Positions 1 through 6,410 of a stretch of DNA of 27,175 nucleotides are shown here, piece after piece; position 1 is the first letter of the stretch, and each line of letters starts with the position of its first letter. Both the position numbers and the translations under genes were made by a program. Under the pieces are notes generated by a model that worked only from the letters and a program-made list of their open reading frames with translations, was not told where the DNA came from and did no database searches. Origin of the DNA: a virus (taxonomy: Duplodnaviria > Caudoviricetes); the IMG/VR virus record IMGVR_UViG_3300023176_002188, positions 1-27,175 of that record; one strand, 5' to 3'.

Positions 1-32
1 TAATAAGTTAAATTTCCTTTGTTATAAACTGT

Positions 33-58
33 GGGGGTAAAATCTACCCCCTTTTTTT
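33..58 (+). terminator. Rho-independent terminator
   Basis: GGGGGTA (33-39) pairs with TACCCCC (45-51) around a 5-nt loop, followed by a T7 tract (52-58); it sits directly before a late promoter. Confidence 0.85.
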
Positions 59-59
59 A

Positions 60-67
60 TATAAATA
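60..67 (+). promoter_or_regulatory. T4-type late promoter (gp55 sigma, TATAAATA)
   Basis: Exact TATAAATA, intergenic, ~28 nt upstream of the ATG at 95; AGGA ribosome-binding site before that ATG. Confidence 0.85.
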
Positions 68-94
68 GTAGGTAAAATATAATTAGGAATTTTT

Positions 95-388
95 ATGTTA
101 CAATTTAAAAGTTTCATATCAGAAGGTGTAAAGCTCAAGTTAATCCGCGGTAGAAACATGGACGTTCTAAAGATGTGGAACAAGGGTGACAGTAAATGGG
201 TTGAACTGAGAGGTAAGCCTGGGTTTGAAACAAGGTACGATCCAAAAGATCCTTTACATAAAGCGATCACTGCACTAGGTAAATCAGCAAATATTTCTGA
301 TTTTATGAATGGCAATGAAGTAAGTATAAATCCAAAACATCCAGATGGTAAGAAAGCTTTAGACACAATAAGAGGACTGATGAAATGA
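95..388 (+). CDS. Hypothetical phage protein with capsid-targeting-like leader (putative internal head protein)
   Basis: 97-aa ORF after promoter and RBS. N-terminus MLQFKSFISE|G resembles T4 CTS MKTYQEFIAE. ATGA overlap with the next gene. Confidence 0.75.
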   Translation: MLQFKSFISEGVKLKLIRGRNMDVLKMWNKGDSKWVELRGKPGFETRYDPKDPLHKAITALGKSANISDFMNGNEVSINPKHPDGKKALDTIRGLMK

Positions 389-1191
389 GTCAATTTAGCG
401 TAAGTAGACAAAGACATTTTGGAATTAATAATACAGATATTCATGAAATAATGATGCTAGCTGATCAATACGGTAACATTATTAACACCTTTGGTGCAGC
501 AAGCAACATATATGTTGCAGCTGGAAATTTAGAAGGATATTCTGGTGTTCATAAATTTGGTGGGGTGTTTGGAACTGCGTCAGCTGACATGTCCACCGTA
601 TGGACAGCGGCAGATACAACTACAACATTTTTATATGATTGGTCATACACTAATGGTGCTGTTACAGTAGTTTCAACTGACGCAGGAGACACAACGGACG
701 TTACCGTTCAAGGATTAGACTCAGATTATAACCCTGTAGAAGAAACGTTTACTCTGACAGGCACATCCCCCACAGCTACTGGATCTGTTAATTTTACAAG
801 AGTGAATCGTGCCTTTATGAATGAAACAACAAATGTAGGTAAAATTCAAGTTAAAAGAGGAACTACCCTAGTTACAGAAATTGGAGCAGGATTTGGACAA
901 ACACTTCAATGCTTTTATACTGTTCCCGCAAATAAAACAGCATATCTAATGAGTATTGCCGCAAGTGCAAGTAAAAATCAAATCGTAGATTTGTTTTTCT
1001 ATCAAAGACCATTCGGTGGTGCGTTTAGAGTAAATACAACAATGTCTTTAAATCAATCAAATCAAACATTAGAATTTCCAGTTCCTCTTAAATTTTCTGA
1101 AAAAACTGATTTAGATGTTCGTGTAAGAGGTTCATCAAATGCTACAATTTCATGTGACTTTACAATGATTTTAGTGGATAATCCAAGCTAG
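385..1191 (+). CDS. Putative virion structural protein (beta-rich, Thr/Ser/Gly-rich), function unknown
   Basis: 268-aa ORF coupled to the upstream gene; composition typical of marine phage structural proteins; no catalytic motif recognised. Confidence 0.65.
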   Translation: MSQFSVSRQRHFGINNTDIHEIMMLADQYGNIINTFGAASNIYVAAGNLEGYSGVHKFGGVFGTASADMSTVWTAADTTTTFLYDWSYTNGAVTVVSTDAGDTTDVTVQGLDSDYNPVEETFTLTGTSPTATGSVNFTRVNRAFMNETTNVGKIQVKRGTTLVTEIGAGFGQTLQCFYTVPANKTAYLMSIAASASKNQIVDLFFYQRPFGGAFRVNTTMSLNQSNQTLEFPVPLKFSEKTDLDVRVRGSSNATISCDFTMILVDNPS

Positions 1192-1203
1192 GTAGTATAA
1201 AAC

Positions 1204-2433
1204 ATGCAAAATTTTAAAGCACATATAAATGAAAATAAAAACACACACATGACCCATATTGAAGATAGAGTTATTTATGGTGGTGTGAAAGGAACAAGAG
1301 AGGCAATATTTGCTCTTAGAGATTTAAGAGATATGCTTGCTGGTACTAAGGAAGGAAATGTAAGTGTTAAATGGGATGGTGCTCCTGCTGTTTTTGCTGG
1401 TATTGATCCGAGTGATAATAAATTTTTCGTTGCCAAAAAAGGTATATTCAACAAAAATCCTAAGGTCTATAAATCTGCAGCTGACGTTGATGCTGATACT
1501 TCTGGTGATCTTGCTACTAAGCTCAAAGATGCACTCAAATATTTGCCTTCTCTCGGAATCACCGGAGTTATTCAAGGAGATTTCTTATTTAGTAAAAGCG
1601 ACTTGTCAAGTCAAACTATAGACGGAAAAAAATATGTCACTTTCCACCCTAATACAATTATTTATGCAGTGCCAGAAGGAACTCCTTCTGCAAAAGAAAT
1701 TAGATCAGCAGAAATTGGAATCGTCTGGCACACAACATACACAGGATCGTCTTTTGAAACGATGAAAGCAAGTTATGGTGTAGATGTAACTAAGTTTAAA
1801 AAGTCAAAGTCTGTCTGGTCTCAAGATGCAATGCTAAGAGATATGACAAAAGTAACAATGTCAAAAAAGGATACGGAGGAAGTAAATGAACGTCTTTCGG
1901 AAATTGGGAAACTCTTTAACCAAATATCTAGTAGCACCCTTAAAGAAATTGAAACCAACGCTGAACTTTCGCAAACAATTGAAACCTACAACAACTCCTT
2001 TGTTAGGAAAGGCGAAATTATTAAAGACACTCGAAAACATGCCGACGGACTCATTAGATGGATCAAAGATAAATACGAAAAAGAAATTTTCAAACGCAAG
2101 TCAGAACGCGGCAAAGATGCGCAAATTAAAAAGAGGGAAGAAATCTTAAAATTTTTCTCTCCTACTAATAAACAAAATTTAATAAAGGTATTTGAATTAC
2201 AGAAACTAATTGTATTAGTAAAATTAAAACTTATAAATATACTTAATAATATTAAAAAAATTGATACATTCGTAAAAACTACAAAAGGATTTAAAACAAC
2301 AGGTCACGAAGGTTATGTAGCAATTGATAGACTTGGTGGTGACGCTGTAAAGATTGTTGATAGGATGGAATTTTCATACAACAACTTTTCGCCAAATATT
2401 TTAAAAGGATGGGATAAACCAGGAAGAAACTGA
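1204..2433 (+). CDS. Ligase/capping-enzyme-fold covalent nucleotidyltransferase-like protein (recalled as DUF6267-like) with CTS-like leader
   Basis: 409 aa. Motifs occur in superfamily order: KWDG (K56, motif I KxDG), IQGDFLF (III), HEGYVA (IV), AVKIVDR (V). N-terminus MQNFKAHINE|N. Confidence 0.7.
   Translation: MQNFKAHINENKNTHMTHIEDRVIYGGVKGTREAIFALRDLRDMLAGTKEGNVSVKWDGAPAVFAGIDPSDNKFFVAKKGIFNKNPKVYKSAADVDADTSGDLATKLKDALKYLPSLGITGVIQGDFLFSKSDLSSQTIDGKKYVTFHPNTIIYAVPEGTPSAKEIRSAEIGIVWHTTYTGSSFETMKASYGVDVTKFKKSKSVWSQDAMLRDMTKVTMSKKDTEEVNERLSEIGKLFNQISSSTLKEIETNAELSQTIETYNNSFVRKGEIIKDTRKHADGLIRWIKDKYEKEIFKRKSERGKDAQIKKREEILKFFSPTNKQNLIKVFELQKLIVLVKLKLINILNNIKKIDTFVKTTKGFKTTGHEGYVAIDRLGGDAVKIVDRMEFSYNNFSPNILKGWDKPGRN
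2232..2239 (+). promoter_or_regulatory. Possible internal T4-type late promoter
   Basis: Exact TATAAATA inside the 3' part of CDS 1204-2433, ~195 nt upstream of the next start; could be chance in an AT-rich stretch. Confidence 0.45.
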
Positions 2434-2888
2434 TGTTAAAATTTAAAGATTTAATTACTGTAGATTATGCTCCAGGCGAACCAGATGAAATTAAATATAA
2501 AAGACATAGAAAAAGAAGAACGGGGCTTGATCGTGGTTTAAACGACGGTCTTGAGACTGAAGCTCTGTCTATGGCTCAAAGATTAAAGAAAGCGCGTGAT
2601 TTTAAAAGAAACCGCGCTAAGATTGCTCTTGGTAGAAAGAGAGCGGCTCGTCGTGTAGCAAGTAAAGAAGTGCTATTGAAAAGAGCAAGAAGGGCTGCTC
2701 GTAATAAAATATTACTCAAGATAACAAAAGATGTTCCTCGTGGAGAACTAACTGTTGCAAGAAAGCAAGAAATTGAAAAAAGACTTGATAAACCAGCAAT
2801 GAAAACACGAATTGATCGTTTAGCCAAGAAAATGTTTCCTCTTATTCGTAAAGCTGAAATGGAAAGAAAAAGAGGCGGTGCTAAATGA
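2433..2888 (+). CDS. Highly basic hypothetical protein (putative internal/core nucleic-acid-binding protein)
   Basis: 151 aa; about a third K/R after LETE|A; leader MLKFKDLI; TGATG coupling with the upstream gene. Confidence 0.7.
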   Translation: MLKFKDLITVDYAPGEPDEIKYKRHRKRRTGLDRGLNDGLETEALSMAQRLKKARDFKRNRAKIALGRKRAARRVASKEVLLKRARRAARNKILLKITKDVPRGELTVARKQEIEKRLDKPAMKTRIDRLAKKMFPLIRKAEMERKRGGAK

Positions 2889-4240
2889 TTAATTCTTTTT
2901 CTCAATTTTTAGTTGAAGAAGAAAAGGTTGCTTATTTTGCCTTTGGTAGAATGAATCCGCCTACTATAGGACACGGTAAGCTAATGGATAAATTATCTGC
3001 CGTTGCTGGTAAAAATCCTTATTTTCTTTATCTTTCCCAGTCTAATGATAAAAAAGATAATCCATTAGAATATACCAATAAAATAAAATATATTCGTAAA
3101 ATGTTTCCGAAACATGCAAGACAAGTTTTAGTTAATAAAAAAGTAAAGACACCATTTGATGCTTTAACCGATTTATATGATCGTGGTTATAGAAAAGTTG
3201 TTATGGTTGCTGGTTCAGATAGATTAGATGAATATAATATAAGATTAAATAAGTATAATGGCAAAAAGGGGAACCATGGTTTCTATAATTTTGCTAATGG
3301 TATTAAAATAGTTTCTGCCGGACAAAGAGATCCTGATGCTAAAGGTGCAGAAGGTGCTTCTGGCACTAAACAAAGAGAATATGCTTTAAATAATAATTTT
3401 ACTTCTTTTGCTCAAGGTTTACCAGATAAAATGTCAAATAGTGATGCTAAAAAACTTTTTAATGATATTAGAAAAGGTATGGGTTTAAAAGAACAAAAAC
3501 AGTTTAGAAATCATATTAAACTTGAACCTGTATCCGATATTAGAGAATCTTATCTTAGAGATAATATTTTTAAAAAAGGTGAACAAGTTGTAATAACTAA
3601 AAACGGCATTATCGGCAATATAAAATATTTAGGTACAAATTATTTAATAGTAGAATCAAAGGGTGAAACATGGAGATGTTGGTTAGATGATGTATCTAAA
3701 GTAGATCCAAATGATATACCACCTGCACATTTAGAAGCTGATTTTGGAGCAGATCCATTACAAGGCCCATATAAGATTTTATCAGAATCATCTTCTTCAA
3801 TGTATAAAGATAAGCCCGATTGGGGGACTCCAGAATCTGCACGTAAAGCCAAAGAAATAACTCCTGGTGAAAAGTCTAAAATAAAATCAGAAGCTGAAGA
3901 TCCTGATATAGGACATAAAAAAGGTGTTCAACCAAAAGGGTATTATGCTGGTATTAAATCAAAATCCACTAAACTTGCTAGAGCAAGACATTTTGCTAAA
4001 CATGGTAAGAAAGCAGACGATGATAGAAGTGCTTATAAACCAGCTCCTGGAGATGCTACAGCAAAAACAAAAACAAGCACACATACCTTAAAATTTAGAC
4101 AAATGTATGGTGAAGATGCTATAAAAATAGCACAAGCAAAAATTGATAAAGAAAAAGAAGTAGATGCACTAAAACACGATAGAATGTTAGATCGTGCTAG
4201 ATTAGCTAAAGCTAGGGCAAAAAATAGGGCAACAAAATGA
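2885..4240 (+). CDS. Cytidylyltransferase-like (HIGH-superfamily) nucleotidyltransferase with C-terminal accessory modules
   Basis: 451 aa. FGRMNPPTIGH (GxxxPxxxGH / TxGH), VAGSDR and SGTKQR (SxTxxR). These are followed by a small beta domain (GEQVVI...RCWLDDV), a WGTP...TPGE motif and a PKGYYAG...KTKTSTHT module. Leader MINSFSQFLVE|E. Confidence 0.8.
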   Translation: MINSFSQFLVEEEKVAYFAFGRMNPPTIGHGKLMDKLSAVAGKNPYFLYLSQSNDKKDNPLEYTNKIKYIRKMFPKHARQVLVNKKVKTPFDALTDLYDRGYRKVVMVAGSDRLDEYNIRLNKYNGKKGNHGFYNFANGIKIVSAGQRDPDAKGAEGASGTKQREYALNNNFTSFAQGLPDKMSNSDAKKLFNDIRKGMGLKEQKQFRNHIKLEPVSDIRESYLRDNIFKKGEQVVITKNGIIGNIKYLGTNYLIVESKGETWRCWLDDVSKVDPNDIPPAHLEADFGADPLQGPYKILSESSSSMYKDKPDWGTPESARKAKEITPGEKSKIKSEAEDPDIGHKKGVQPKGYYAGIKSKSTKLARARHFAKHGKKADDDRSAYKPAPGDATAKTKTSTHTLKFRQMYGEDAIKIAQAKIDKEKEVDALKHDRMLDRARLAKARAKNRATK

Positions 4241-4494
4241 TTAAATTTAAACATTATATAAAAGAAGATGCAACAGCAGGGCTTAAGAAAAAAGCAGAAA
4301 AATCTGGTATGCCTCTTGGTATATTAAGACAAGTTTATAATCGTGGTGTTGCTGCTTGGAAAACTGGACATAGACCTGGTACTACACCAGAACAGTGGGG
4401 ATTTGCAAGAGTTAATTCCTTTGTAACTAAATCATCAGGAACATGGGGTAAAGCAGATAAAGATCTGGCTGCAAAAGTAAGAGGTTCAAAATGA
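4237..4494 (+). CDS. Conserved small viral protein (recalled as DUF5824-like) with CTS-like leader
   Basis: 85 aa; VYNRGVAAWKTGHRPGTTPEQWGFARVNSF motif; leader MIKFKHYIKE|D; ATGA overlaps at both ends. Confidence 0.7.
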   Translation: MIKFKHYIKEDATAGLKKKAEKSGMPLGILRQVYNRGVAAWKTGHRPGTTPEQWGFARVNSFVTKSSGTWGKADKDLAAKVRGSK

Positions 4495-6386
4495 AAACCA
4501 TAGAAGAAAAATTGGCTACAAATCAATTAGATAGATTAGCTAAACACTGGTCTGGCATGAAAGGCAAGAGAATTCAACCTTCTGATGCTATTAAACTTTC
4601 TGCAATGGTTGGAAAATTCGGTAAAGATGAATTAGAACAATTAGCTACTAAAGATATACCTTTTCTTTCAATGTCTGCAATTAATAATTTAATGATTAAA
4701 CATAATTATAGTGCAGATCAAATAAATGGTCTTATGAAAGAAAATACCGAATATCTTTATGATCTCTATATGTTTGAAGATGTAGATGCAGGAGAATATG
4801 ATTACGAAGGTGATATGGCAAAGACTCAGCTTATTACTATTGCAGATGCTGCTGAAGAACTCCATGACATGCTTGAAGATGATGAAAATCTTCCAGAATG
4901 GTGCCAGAACAAAATCACTAAAGCGATGGATTACCTAGATACCGTTCGTGATTATATGATAGCAAAAGACACAGATGAAGAACCCGGTAATGAAAATCCA
5001 AATGAATCAGTAAAACAAGAAATGTTTTCGGAAGAAAGAATGGCCGCAGGACGTTTTGGTAAAAATGTACATGATATTAAGATAAAGATACCAGCTCGGA
5101 TTGACAAAGTCATTAAAAAAGCTAGTCCTGTTTATGACCAACGTGAAAACAAACCTCATAAGGCAATCGGTAAACATCTGAAAGATATTATGCAAAAACA
5201 TGGCGTTAAGGCATCAGGTAAGAAACATTATCACAATGATATGAGTGGTCATTATATGTTTGCTCACCCAGATAATGATCCAGCAAAAGTCCATGCAGCT
5301 GCAACTGAATTTGAAAAAACTGTAGGCAAAGCAATTCGTACAGAATCTTTAGATGAAGGTAATATGGCATCAGCAGCAAAAGAGTTAGAAACTTATGCAC
5401 GTAAGTCTGGCGGAATTGATAAAAATGATTTTATTAAAGCAGCTATGATGATGAAAAGAAACCAAAAGAAACAGCTTGATAAGTTTGTTGATGAGTTGGA
5501 TACAGAACCGCGTGAAAAGATTTTATCAGTCATGGATAAACACTTAAATGAAGGTATGAAAGAACCGTTTGATGAAAAAAAAGGTGACTTACATCTATAT
5601 AATAACGAAGCTGATGCACGTAAAAAAGCAAAAGAAGTTTCTGGTAAAGTTATTAAAGGAACCGGAAAATCTGCTGGTAAATGGGCAGTTAAAGAAAAAG
5701 TTGAACTTGACGAAAAAGTAAACGCTAAAGCAATTCAAAAAGCAGTTGACGATGGCAAGTCTATGGACGTTATTATGACTATGTTTGCTAACAAGCGCAC
5801 AACTAATACAGACGAAATCCGCAAAGTCGTAAAAGACTACATGTGGAAGAAGCGTATGAAAAAAGAAGAAGTAGAACTTGATGAAAAGTTTGAACCAAAA
5901 ACTGTTGGTATGAAAATTGTTCATAAAAAGCCGCATCCGGCTGGAGGACAATATGTTGTTCTAAGTAAACCTGGAGCTGGTCAATATGTTATTAGACATT
6001 TAAATAAAGGTCAAGTTAAAACTCTTGGAACAGTACCTTCACTTGGTCTTGCAAAATCTTATATTGATGCTAAAAGTAAAGGGAAAGATCCAAAAGATTT
6101 ATTAAAAACTGAAGAAGTGTCCGAAAAGGCACCAAAGATTGATTCTAAAAAATTTGCAGCTCATATGTCAAGAAATACTAAACCAAAAACTATGACATCA
6201 ACACAAAAATCTTTATCTAGTATCAGCCGTAGAGCAAATGAAAAACTTTCTGTAGCTGATGGTATGGGTGCTTGGATAGATGATTTTAAACAGTCTGATG
6301 CACCACAGTTTAAAGGTAAAACCGCAAAAGAGCGCAGAGATATGGCTATAGCAGCATATTTAAGTGCAAAAAAAGATAATGAATAG
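4491..6386 (+). CDS. Mosaic multi-module charged protein (putative protease-processed internal head polyprotein)
   Basis: 631 aa, K/E-rich. About 9-10 dissimilar short modules are separated by acidic linkers (MFE|D, FSEE, SLDE|G, HLNE|G, VELDE|K x2, EEVSE|K, ANE|K). Confidence 0.7.
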   Translation: MKTIEEKLATNQLDRLAKHWSGMKGKRIQPSDAIKLSAMVGKFGKDELEQLATKDIPFLSMSAINNLMIKHNYSADQINGLMKENTEYLYDLYMFEDVDAGEYDYEGDMAKTQLITIADAAEELHDMLEDDENLPEWCQNKITKAMDYLDTVRDYMIAKDTDEEPGNENPNESVKQEMFSEERMAAGRFGKNVHDIKIKIPARIDKVIKKASPVYDQRENKPHKAIGKHLKDIMQKHGVKASGKKHYHNDMSGHYMFAHPDNDPAKVHAAATEFEKTVGKAIRTESLDEGNMASAAKELETYARKSGGIDKNDFIKAAMMMKRNQKKQLDKFVDELDTEPREKILSVMDKHLNEGMKEPFDEKKGDLHLYNNEADARKKAKEVSGKVIKGTGKSAGKWAVKEKVELDEKVNAKAIQKAVDDGKSMDVIMTMFANKRTTNTDEIRKVVKDYMWKKRMKKEEVELDEKFEPKTVGMKIVHKKPHPAGGQYVVLSKPGAGQYVIRHLNKGQVKTLGTVPSLGLAKSYIDAKSKGKDPKDLLKTEEVSEKAPKIDSKKFAAHMSRNTKPKTMTSTQKSLSSISRRANEKLSVADGMGAWIDDFKQSDAPQFKGKTAKERRDMAIAAYLSAKKDNE

Positions 6387-6410
6387 TAAAAGTAATTCTG
6401 GAGATTATTA

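Noticed and set aside
22-444. Minus-strand 140-aa ORF and the many other short antisense or alternate-frame ORFs in the track
   Set aside because: They shadow well-supported, coupled + strand genes, lack RBS/promoter support and read as reverse-complement codon artefacts. The exception is 20798-21193, which has an RBS and lipobox and was kept.
1195-1203. TATAAAAC upstream of 1204 and other near-consensus TATAAAT(C/G) motifs
   Set aside because: Not exact late-promoter matches, and such sequences are common in AT-rich DNA.
2885-4240. Assigning a specific gene name (nadM/nadD/coaD/tagD) to the HIGH-family enzyme
   Set aside because: The motifs identify the superfamily only; substrate specificity cannot be read from the sequence.
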